From Octopus vulgaris (Eukaryota), in assembly GCA_951406725.2 (NCBI GenBank), contig OX597828.1:14818001-14882000 (forward strand): 64,000 bases of DNA, written 5' to 3'. Below, in pieces: positions 52,205 to 64,000 of this stretch. The stretch's first letter is position 1, and the number at the start of each line of letters is the position of its first letter. Under the pieces are notes generated by a model. The model did no database searches. It was not told the DNA's origin and saw only the letters and a program-made list of their open reading frames with translations. The position numbers and the translations under genes are program-made.

Positions 52205-52400
52205 ATATAGTTCAAATTTACAGAAAACAAAAGACAGATGAGGAGGAAACAACAACAACCAGTGCATTATTTTGTCACTCAGAAAAATGGAAAAGTTTTT
52301 GACACTTCGAGCCTATGCTCTTCAACAAAAAGGATTGGGGGGGAGGGGAATGGAGAGAGAATGAAAAAACAAAGAGAGAAAAGAATGTGTATGGATTAAC
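52205..52400 (-). mobile_element. Degenerate relative of the 35.9 kb element with a decayed hammerhead (52296-52333)
   Basis: Minus strand reads ccttt-TTGTTGA-a-gagc(atag)gctc-GAAG-t-gtc-aaaa. It has the same layout and the same 3' end ...aactatata as the 35.9 kb copy. Confidence 0.5.
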
Positions 52401-52984
52401 AGTTCAGTGTGTGTGTGTGTGTGTATGTACATACACAGCTGTCTAGACATCACATGATGGTTGTAAATGAGCATCATTGCCATACAAGTAAAGTTGTTCA
52501 TTTCTAGTCTTCCATGAAAAACATGTCTTATTATGTGGTGGGGGGGGACTATTACATTGCTTAGAAACAAGTGAAAGTTGGTGACAGGAAAGGCATCCTG
52601 GTATCAGAATGAGGAATCTGCCTCATCAAATTCCGTCAGACCCATGCAAGCAAAGGAAAGTGGACATTAAATCAGAATGGTGATGAATGAGTAGGATTAA
52701 TTCTGCTCAAGTGCCACCCATTTTTTGAAACTGATGTCACTGAGGCTTATCACATGTAACTGGGTGCTGAAGGTACCATTCCTACCATAATGAGACCAGT
52801 AACAGGCAACAGAATTTGAATGCAAACAGCTAGGACAGATAGATAGATGCCAAAGGCATTTTATTTAACACTAACAACTTTAGCATTTCAAAAACCAGGA
52901 TGAAAAGTAAAACTGGTTTTACTAAGATTTGAACTCAGAATGCAGAGAGCCAAAACAAATACTGAAAGGCATTCTGATATCTCA

Positions 52985-53370
52985 CCATTCTTACTGGAAT
53001 TAGACTGTCCTAAAGAAAACAGCAAATGTACCCAATAGAGAAATACTATAGGAACTACAGACTAGACTGAGAGACCTGGACTTTGCTGATGACACTGTCT
53101 TGCTCACTGAAGATGATAAAAACCTATAGCAGCTCACATCAGAACAGCAACAAAATACATGAAGAATTGATCTGAGAGTCAGTGTGAAGAAGACCAAAAT
53201 GATGAACATTGCAAATGATGATCATCAAATAACAACAATCTTAAGGATCAGTTAGCTTTATATCAAGACAGTTGACAGATTTACCTATCTGAGTAGTGCC
53301 ATCAGAAACAATAGCGATATTGAGACTAACATCAAACATGGACTTGGCAATGCCACCACTGTGTTCTGGG
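52985..53370 (+). pseudogene. Decayed RTE-clade LINE reverse transcriptase fragment
   Basis: LRDLDFADDTVLL (catalytic F/YADD at ~53082-53093), then ...LRVSVKKTKMM and ...VDRFTYLSSAI...DIETNIKHGLGNATTVF, with in-frame stops. Confidence 0.8.
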
Positions 53371-54769
53371 GAATGTGCACTGGCAGGGCATCCAATGCTA
53401 GACAGATCAAAGGATAGAAGTCAGACTAATATGGACCACCACTTCACAGAGGAAAAACAAAAATGGGTTTGCATAGAGCTAACACCCCTATCTAGAAAAA
53501 AGGGCAAAGTTACAGAAGCAAAAAATTACAATTCAAAACCAACAAGATCTGAGAGAGAAAGGCCTTCTCTCATTGCAAATAAGTCTTGGTTGCCTGATGC
53601 GCCACAGGGAGTAAAGTGCCAATAAGCTAACCTCCATGTGGTTGCTTGACCTAGAAATAGCAACCAAATTACCTTCAATACTTATCTGAAAAAAAAAAAG
53701 CAGGGGGTGCTGGATACATTGGATAATATGGTTTGACAGAAACAAGAAATGTGATTGCTCGTATGTCTAAAAATAACAGTCAAGTACCCTCAAATTACAG
53801 TGCACTGTCTTAAAAACAAAGAAAAAGAGCTGTATTGGATGATATAGCCCCAGCAACCATTAAAAAGAGTGATGGTTATAACTGGAATATCTCTTATAAT
53901 AAAGATACTCCAGTTATACTTCTTATCATAGAGATATTACAGCTATAACTCGGGAACTATATATAAGATGCTAGATCAGGGCTGACTTGGAGCTACAAAA
54001 TAACCTCACCCAACACCTTTTACACACTCATGCAAGTAATATTTGCCATTTCTGATTCCCTGTCATCTTCAACCCACTTCTACATCACACACACATGCCT
54101 GTTCTACACTTCCAACAAATCTGCTACTTCAAAGTTTTTGTTTGTTTTTTTTCTACTGTAATATTAGTATACTTCAAAGACATTCATCAACAACCTGTCC
54201 ATGTGAGAATATGTTTAAAGAGAAAAAGGTGAGAATGGGAGTGAAGTGAGAAAAAGGGGAAAGAGAGAAGAGAAGAGGGTTTGCTAGAAGTAAGGAGACA
54301 GGAGAAAACTGTGTGAGAGGGAGAGAATGACAAAGAAAAAAGGAAAAGAGAAGAGAAATAAAAGTGAGAAAGACAAAAAAATGGATAATATATTTATTTA
54401 CTAACAACCAGAAGTTACCAAAAGATGCATAAAACTCTCAGCCATTGAGTCACTCTCTGAAGCAGATGAATAAAAAAAAATGTTTTGAACACATTTTTTT
54501 TTGTTTTATTTATATCAGCAAACCAATATGATATATATATATATATATATTAGGGAATAAATCCAAACTTACAGGGAAAAATCAGATTTAGGATTGAATC
54601 CAATTTTATAGTAAAATATTATATTATTAAATTAGAGATAAAATCATATTAATTATATTTTTTTAATAATTTTGTTATATATTTAAATATAAATTAAATA
54701 ATCTTATGTATTGGCTTAAGTTTTTCATTGTATGATTTGCCTAATAGTGGTTTTATCTCTAATTTAATA

Positions 54770-54771
54770 TA

Positions 54772-54838
<67 letters not shown>
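54770..54838. repeat. Compound (TA)n(GA)n microsatellite
   Basis: Directly visible. Confidence 0.95.
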
Positions 54839-54841
<3 letters not shown>

Positions 54842-55344
54842 AATACCTTCATACCTTCTAAATGTTAAGAGTGACTATACTGACAACTAAAATGAGATTT
54901 TACTTGAAAGACCATAAGACTTGCATTGAGAAAATAAACTGTATCAAGGTAATTAGCACTCGAGAAATATTGATTAATTCATTAATAATCTATATATGCT
55001 GTACATATAGTAGTTTTGTTAAATAATTGAAGGTAAAATTCAGAGTGAGAAAGAGAAGACATGTGAGCCAGAGTGGAATAATTAAAAAACCCAAGGGAGA
55101 GTGTTGTTTAGCACCAGTTTGGCCTGTATCAAGCAGATTTTCATCAAAAGGTATTCCAGCAGTGACCATCCCATCTTTTTCATTCAGAGATAATGTACTT
55201 AGGACTACATTATTCAATGTGTCTTTCATTTTTTAAAGATGGTAGGATGTGATTACACAAAGATTTAGTGACAATTTCTCACTACCCAAACCATAGTAGA
55301 GGTCCTACATTGGCTCTCCATACGAGCCTGAGTAAGATTGAGAA

Positions 55345-55409
<65 letters not shown>

Positions 55410-58327
55410 AGAGAGACATGAACAAAATGGCAATCTAAAACCATTCAAAATAAAAGCCATTTCTGCTGTTTAAAGGGAGCTTACATAGCAGTCTAAACTG
55501 ACTTGGAGAAAAACTGCTTCAATGTTATCAAGAGCAGTGAAGGAAGTGGGAGGGTGGCTAGACAACCCAGCCTCAGTGAAAGCATTCACATCTTCAATAA
55601 ACATCAATAACTGACCATTGAGAGAAAGGAAATGACATATGCTGCTGTTAAATTGACATAGTTGTTAGAGATTGTGTTGAGTATTCAGGCAAGGAAGGAT
55701 CAGAATGTAGTGCTAGACAAGATGCTTTTTTTTTTGCTTTTTTTCGCAGACCATTGATCAAGAGGTAGTATTAAATTACATGGCATGTAAAAACTATCAG
55801 TCAAAGATCAGGAAATAAGTGTTAAAATGAGAAACAGGTTAGGCCTGTATACAAAAACTTTCACAAAATTCTTATTTTATTCATCATCAGCATCGTTGCT
55901 TTTGGCATTCAGGTTACTAATGCAATGTTTATTCATTCACAAAGCTTTAGAATCTGAAAACTATCAGATAATTCATGATTAATTCAATGAAAGGACTGTT
56001 TAATTTTAGAATGACAGTGTAGGGTAAGTGGGAGAGACTGGACCTGGCCAATTTGAGCAAAAAAGTAGACAGAATATTTGGATAGAATATAGCCAGTTAG
56101 AATTCTAAAGGGCTAATGTCTGGTTTGTTTACATTTCCTTAGTTGCAGGAGTCAAACAAAATTATGTTGAAAGTTATTTTTTCTACAGCCAGATGCTCTT
56201 CCTATCACTAACCCTCACCCGAATCTAAGCAAAGTAATGAATATTTTCCCTAATCTGTCAAACAATGAAAACCTGCACAGACATTTGTGGAGAACTGTAA
56301 ACAAATGACACCATTTTGCACTAGTAGTGTTTGTTTACAATCAATGTGCATGTATGGAGGCAAGAATCCACAAACTCACACACACACACACAAACAATTT
56401 TATATATGGTCGAGAAGCTTGCTTCCCAACCATTTGGTTCCAGGTTCAGTCTCATGATACCTTAGGCAAGAGACTTCTGCTATAATCCTCAGTCAACCAA
56501 AGCCTTGTAAGTGGATTTAGTAAATATAACCTGAAAGACGTCTGTTGTGTGTATGTGTGCAATCATTTGTATGGGCTGGCTTCTATTTACCCTGACAACA
56601 CCTGAATGCTACAGGTGAGTGACATCTTCCTACAAGCGGTGTCTTTCATTTTCAAATTCATATGAAAATATCTCCAGTCACAGAGAAATATTGCCTTGCT
56701 TGGAAACAGGTGAGGGTTGACAATAGGAAGAGTGCCCTGCCATAGAAAATCTGTAGCTTCTGTCTTTCCAATTTTTGATTCACAAGGAGCTAGTGAACCT
56801 ACAGTTATTGCAAAAGACACCAGCTGATGGTGTCCACACAGTGAGGACAAACCCAAGACCACATAATTCTAAAGCAAACTTCTTAAGCCACACAGCCATG
56901 CCAACACCTTTATTTAAAAAAGACAAAATTAAAAAACAGAAATTCCAAAGTCTGCAGTAACAAAAAAAAGAAAAGTCTTGTTATTTAAGGTGTGTATTAT
57001 AAATAAAATAAGTAGCAACTCTTACAATAAATCTCTGTCTGTTGCCCTCTGCTTAAACTAAATAGATGACAACAACATATGTTAATATAATTACACAACA
57101 TACAATAAATATATTAACTGAGTATAAAAGGGTATACAAGGTGTCTTACAAGCAGGTCTGCATTTAAACAGGTTTTACGACAACAAACTAGTGGCAATTG
57201 TGGTATGTATTTATTTAGTCTTGCCTAAATGTACACTGAAAAAGAATACATGTGCTAGACTATCAAAAGACTTGTGATATCAATCCAGTTGAATCCTCAG
57301 CTACAATGTAAAAAAAAGCCCCTGTTCTCTTAGAGATTATATATACAATCTATACAGATTTTAAACTTTCAGCATTCAGATTACTATCAAATGTAATGCT
57401 TATTTAGTCACATTATTTTGAATTAAACATACAGTATCACATAGCTTTGCAATTTCAATGACATGACTTGTTTTTTGTATATCTATATAGGTAAGGTGTG
57501 AGAAATCAGATCGGGTCAGTTTAAATGCTAAAGGAGCAATAATCCTTAATCATCATACATTATTATTAATCTGTTGTGAATGACAGGAGAAAACATGATC
57601 CTAGGTTGACTGGAAAGAGAAAGGTGGGCAAAACAAGTGATTTCTTTTATTTTATTGCAGGTGGCAGGATTTTAAACTAGAAAACAGAGAAATTCTAAAT
57701 GATGATATGCATTTAGTTAGTGCTCTTCTGCTTCTAGCACTCCATTCATGTGTCTCATGGGCAATCATTTTCTCAGAAAATCTAGTACCAATTCATGACA
57801 ACTAAGTTTAGTATCAAACAGTGAAATCTAATAAAAGTTATTAATTACACATATGTCAGGCTTCTGCACAATTTCCATCCATCAAATTACACTGACAATT
57901 TGTCATACTAAGACTATAGTAGAAAATGCTTACCCAAAGTGGCAACCAAGGAGATTGAACCAAGAACCACATAGCAACTATAATACAGTCAAAACTTAAA
58001 CCAAGTGAACTGAAAATCTAACACTTCCTAAACCCTGTGGAGTTTCAAGAATTGGTACTTAGCCCCAATTCCATAAAATTTATGCCAATAAGAGAGAAAA
58101 CTCCAGATTTATTACAAATAGCATTTGGAAAGGATTTGAAACCTATCCCCAAAAGCTAAATTAACATCCTGCTCAAAGATGAAATGCAACTCCAGAAGTG
58201 GATCTGAACATGCAATTTATGAAGAGATAATCCTCATCCACTTAAGAACCTTAGTCATTTCATTTCAAAATTTTACACATCGCAATGAGTAAAAGGTATT
58301 TTTTATCACTCATGAACAAATTATTCT

Positions 58328-58523
58328 TCTTTTCTTTTACTCGTTTCAGTCATTTGACTGCGGCCATGCTGGAGCACCACCTTTAGTCGAGCAAATCGAC
58401 CCCAGGACTTATTCTTTGGAAGCCTAGCACTTATTCTATCAGTTTCTTTTGCTGAACCACTAAGTTACCGGGACATAAACATACCAGCATCGGATGTCAA
58501 GTGATGTTGGGGGACAAACACAG

Positions 58524-58574
<51 letters not shown>

Positions 58575-58722
58575 CATATATACAACGGGCTTCTTTCAGT
58601 TTCTGCTTACCAAATCCACTCAGAAGGCTTTGGTTGTAGAAGACATTTGCCCAAAGTGACACGCAGTGGGACTGAACCCGGAACCATGTGGTTGGTAAGC
58701 AAGCTAGTTACCACACAGCCAC
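58328..58722 (-). mobile_element. SINE family A, near full-length young copy
   Basis: Collinear with 21084-21443, with an expanded internal (TA)n. Confidence 0.85.
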
Positions 58723-60022
58723 TTTTTCTTTTACTTGTTTCAGTCCTTGAATAACAGCCATGCTGGAGTACCACCTTGAAGGGTTTAGTCAAACAAAATA
58801 ACCACAATTTTTTTTTCAAGTCAAATTTATTCTATTGATTCCTTTTGCTGAACCACTAAGTTATGGAGACGTAAACCAACCCCAAACCAGTTATCAGACA
58901 GTGGTGGGTGGAAACAAACACAAAGACACACACACACACACACACAGAGAGGTTGCACACAGCATCCATCTATCAAATTCACTTTGCTTAGATGGAACAA
59001 TTAAATACACCTCCATGGACATGCGTACTCTTAACGTAGTTCTCAGGGGGTGGGGGTTCAGTATGACACAGAATGTGACAAGGCTGGCCCATTGAAATAC
59101 AGGTACAATTCATTTTTGCCAGCTGAGTGAGCTGAAGCAATGTGAAATGAAGTGCCTTACCCAAGGACACAACGCGCAGCCTGGAATCAAACTCACGACC
59201 TTACAATCATGAATCATGTACGTTAACCACTAAGCCATGTGTCTACTATCAAGCAATATACACACACACAATGAGCTTCTTTCAGTTTCCATAGAAGACA
59301 CTTGTCCAAAGTGGGACCGAACCTGGAACTTTTTTTTAAATTATTATCATCATTTTTCTTAATCTAGCTAAATTCTATAGTCATCTCAAAACCCCCTACC
59401 AGACCAAGTATTTAGAGTGTGTTGCAGTCCTTGACTACTTAGAAAACATGAAACATTTAACTGTACACATTTCCCCAGTGATCCATTTAATAGGTGTCTC
59501 TACAGGCTACCAATACAGATTGTTACAAGATTAGTAAATAGAAAAATAAAAAAGAAAGCAATTCACTAACATTAAAATTTACTTGTCAACAAGACAGTCT
59601 TTATGTATTGCTTCAACCTGGTAAAAATAGCAGCTAGATCTCCACCAAATCACATCCTATTAGGAAAAACTTTGATGAAAAAGCAGATTATTATTTTTTG
59701 TGATAATTACATAATAAATCTTATGACAAATTAAACATTTTTAATAAATTACACATACAAGGAAAATACTTTTCACAAAGCAGATTAATTTATCTTATAG
59801 AGGAATAGAAAATTGAAGCTGCTTTTTTTTTTAAGCCCAATACTAAAATACTGAGCACTTACTTCTGCCAGAAAAAGCACTTAGTTGTTGTTGTTAAACC
59901 TTGGTTAGCCCTGACTGAGTAGACCCATGAGCAATGACATTCCAACCATGACCGTCCTGTTTTTTTAAAAGCTGCCCTTACAAAAGAAAGTGTTGTTTAG
60001 AAGAGATTTTGCTGCTATTTCT

Positions 60023-60229
60023 TATTTCTTTACTGCCCTCAAGGGAAAAACAAGGACAGACAAATGGAATAAGTCGATTATATCGACCCCAGTGCATAAC
60101 TGGTACTTACTTAATCGATCCCGAAAGGATGAAAAGCAAAGTCGACCTCAGCGGAATTTGAACTCAGAACGTAGCAGCAGACGAAATGCCGCTAAGCATT
60201 TCATCTGGTGTGCTAACGTTTCTGCCAGC
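60023..60229 (-). mobile_element. SINE family B inserted into a family D repeat
   Basis: 14-bp duplication ttgctgctatttct at 60009-60022 and 60230-60243. Confidence 0.85.
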
Positions 60230-63200
60230 TTGCTGCTATTTCTAGCAGGCTGAATGACCACATAGAGCCTCCTCAGTTAAGGTGCAGAATATGTACCTGA
60301 CAGTCAGGGGCTAACTGTTATTAATTTGTTCACTTTTACCACTACCAAAGTTTGAAGACAAGGAAATCTCCAAAACAAAGCAGTTGATTATGACACACGA
60401 CAAAAGGCTAAAAATATGAATGACTAAAACCAATGCCACAACAGAGAGCCAGGTAAAACAACAAAGCCACACAGCTTAAACTATTTATTGTTCTCCACTG
60501 GTACACCTGGAAAGGAACTAGCTTCAAACCCTTGTAAACACACACAAATAGCTGTCTTTTCAATAACACTAACAACAAAGAACGCTACAATGGATTTATT
60601 TAATCCAATAACTATAATACAAATCACCAAAATTCATAAAACCCTCAGGCTATTCAATATGAACATACTCAGGTCTTTGTTGCAGACGTGGCTGTAGGGT
60701 TAGGAAGTTCACTTCTAAACCATGTGGTTTTCGGTTCAATCCCACTGCACAGCAGCTTGATCAAGTGGTTTCTTCTATTGCCCCAGATCAACCAATGCTT
60801 TGAATGGATTTGGTAGACAGAAACTATACAAAGTGTGTGTGTGTGTGTATGTGTATATATATGTATATATATATATATATATATAAATGCTTATCATTTG
60901 CACCTTTTGCTGAAAAATCAAATGATCTATAAGCAGCAACATCTGTTGTCTGTCAAGAAACCATCTGCTGGTTCTGCACTTCTGAAGACATGTAGAATAA
61001 GAGTGGGCACACTTGATAAAGCAGATAAAGGTTAGAAACTGGATGGGTATCCAGCTGTAAAACAATGACTCATACAGTCATCTAACCCATACCGGGATGG
61101 AAAAACAAATGTAAAAACAAATTACAGACAAAGAGTAAGTATCTCTACCTTCATGAGGACAAAATAATGATTGCTGAACCAAATATTATCTAGATTTGTC
61201 ACAGTGTACAATATAATTTATATAGAAATATAGAGAATAGAAGTTCTCTTGCCAAAATATATTTTAGTCTTCTCATTTATGCAGGAGCAACATTATTTGT
61301 AGGAACAGGTGTTTTTACAGTTGGTTACCCATCCTATTATTAACTATTCAACCATAAAATAGGAGAGGAGCCTTTGAAGAATGGTGGTCAGCAAAGGTGC
61401 CTTACTCATGAGGTACAACACAGAGGGTTGTATTCAAGACCATATAATCACTAGTTCATTGTTACTTCACAGCTAGTGGTCTCCATTATAGGACACAACA
61501 AAATAACCAATCAACCTTAAGTGACAAGAAAATGTTCTATAGAAGTGGAAGAAAGTGTATGGACATGACTTTCTGAGTTTATCTCCTTTCAGCTTGATTG
61601 GAATGTCAAACAAAATCACCCCACAGGTCACAATGGTTCATGATGCAGTATTTCACTAATCTTTCTGAGGGATGAAATGATTGAGAGAAACAATCAGAAA
61701 CAAAACTGAAGACTCAAATGTACAGGTTAAGAGCAACAGACATTGGTCTGCAATGCACATTCAAATCCACAGTAGGTAGCATTTTGCATTTCTGAGTAGA
61801 AACATTTATTCTACATTGCCTCCTCAAGTTCACTCAGGTGCTGGAAATATGTACAAAATCATCTGGAAATGATACGAGCAACAAACTCGTTTAGCATCAT
61901 AAAACTGAGGATAAATATTGATTTCAAATTTTGACACAAAGCCTGCAATTTTGAGGGAGGGTGTAAGTCAATTACATCAACCCCAGTACTCAATTGGTAC
62001 TTACTTTATTAACCCTGAAAGGATGGGAGACAAAGTAGGCCTCGGTGGAATTTGAACTCAGAACATGATGACGGACAAAATGCCACTAAGCATTTTGCCC
62101 AGCTTGCTGCCTTACTGATGCTAAATATTAACTTTCAGAGACCTCTCCCAAAGCTTTTAGAAGATATTATTTACAAAGAATGTTGTGCAATTAAGAAGCT
62201 TGCTTCACAACTACATGCTTTTTATCTCACTGCACAGCCCCTTGGGCAAGGGTCTTCATTCATAACCTGGAATCAAACAAAGTCTTGTGACTGAAATTTG
62301 ATAGACAGTAATGTGGCAGCCCACTTGAGGAACTGTTCATGAATGGTAGAATTAATCCTTTCCCAGTTTGACATCACAAATTGGTCCTTAGATGCTTTTA
62401 ACAGAGACCAGCTAACTGTAAGCATTTAAACCAGGTCTTCATTAATGTTTATCTCCAAACCTGCACCTTTGATTATTTCATACAAGTGAGGCTGTTTATT
62501 TCCAGTCTTCCAGGTAAAAAAAAAATCTCACCATGGGAAATATTACCTCGCTTGGAAACAAGAGTTGGTAACAAGACTGGCATCTGACCTTAGAAAAGTG
62601 GACATTAAATGATGAACATTGGAGACAGTAACACTGTTTTGAGGATGACTTCTTCCAAACACGAAGTCCCTAGTGAGAAAAAAGAATGCAAGATAAATTT
62701 CCTCTTTGGCAAAACACTAGTCAACTGCAAGAATTTTTGTTTATCATCACCATCATCCTTTAACATCTGTTTTCCATGCTGGCATGGGCTGGACAGTTTT
62801 ACTGAAAAGTGGTAAGCTGTACCAGGTTTCAATCTGATTTGGCATTGTTTCTACAGCTATATGCCCTTCCTAATGTCAATCACTCCAAGAGTGTAGTGTG
62901 TGTATGGGTGTGTGTAGGCAGTCATTGCTGTGTGGTAAGATTGCTTCTCAACCACATGGTTCCAGGTTCAGCTCCACTGCGTGGCACCTTGAGCAAGTGT
63001 CTTCAACTATAGCCACAGTCCAACAAAAGTCTTATGAGTGGATTTAGTAGATAGAAACAAAGAAGCCTATCGTGTGTGTGTGTGTATGTGTGTGTCCAGT
63101 GTTGCTGTGTTTATATACTTGTGACTTAGCAGTTTGGCAAAAGAGATTGATAAAATAAATACCAAGCTTTAAAAAAAATAGTACTAGGATCAATTTGCTC

Positions 63201-64000
63201 AATTTAAATTCCTCAATGCCGTGCCCCAACATAGCCACCATATGTATTTAATTGTTCCATCTAAGCAAAGTGGGACAAGTAAAATGAAGTGTCATGTTCT
63301 GCAAAGAGAGTGAAAGATACAGATAGACAGACAGAAAGAGAATGAAAATGCTTGCAGAAGGATATGAATAAAAAAGAAAAAAATATAGAAAGTAGCTTCA
63401 TTCCTAAACCAATCAACCATAATAAGACCAGTAATATCCTCTTTCAATATGGAATTGGAACTAACCTATCAGTTGCTACAAAAGAAACGCAAGCTACAAC
63501 TAAAATAAACACTTAAAATTAGTAACAGAAGCAAGATCAGCCCAGAGAGATTTCCTTAGTAAGAGATTTTCAAGAGAATAGAGAAGCATATTTGTAGTTA
63601 AAAGCATGCAAATGAAATCCATATTTGTCAATATATGGAAGGAATTTGAAGGGGGGAAAAAAAAATGTCCTAGATATTTTGAAAGTTACACATTGAAAAG
63701 TGTTTAATAAGAACGGTATGAGAGGATAATTTAATATATTTCGTGGCATATTTAGGATGCAAAGTAGTGTTTACTAAGACTATTCTAAACATCCCAATCA
63801 GGCAAAAAACTGGAAAGTAAATAAATAAATTATGAAGTGATCTTGCATACTTTATCTTATAGCAAGAATATTTTTAGTGGGGGGGGGGGGGGCAGATATC
63901 TGTTGGTTAGATAGGAATAGTTCTAACACTTGATAACAACCCGCCCGAGATTGCCTTTGGTTTTATGATACAGAGTAAATAACTTTTAGAGTTTGTATTT

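Noticed and set aside
53086-53092. CTGATGA motif
   Set aside because: Part of the RT codons for FADD; no hammerhead structure.

Overview
AT-rich, repeat-dense eukaryotic genomic DNA. The tRNA-derived SINE families and microsatellite landscape look like an octopus (coleoid cephalopod) genome; this is pattern recognition, not a database result. Only one protein-coding exon is well supported: the start-codon exon of an SLMAP orthologue (N-terminal FHA domain) on the minus strand. The exon spans 10676-10891 (CDS 10676-10864) with canonical splice sites. The rest appears to be very large introns or upstream sequence, with a candidate ATG-free 5'UTR exon near 24.3-24.5 kb. It is filled with at least five SINE families, CR1- and RTE-clade LINE fragments, piggyBac-, Tc1- and pogo-like MITEs, and microsatellites. 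Nearly all ORFs in the supplied track are repeat artefacts. Four observations stand out: (1) two families of short elements carrying minimal type-I hammerhead ribozyme motifs (Penelope/retrozyme-like), with one near-intact copy at 35965-35999; (2) a ~1 kb nested inverted repeat ending ~50 nt from the SLMAP start-exon acceptor; (3) an overlapping out-of-frame uORF at the SLMAP start; (4) a chimeric insertion at 18.9-19.1 kb built from sequence ~5.5 kb away on each side. Repeat boundaries were read by eye and are approximate unless TSDs or TIRs are quoted.
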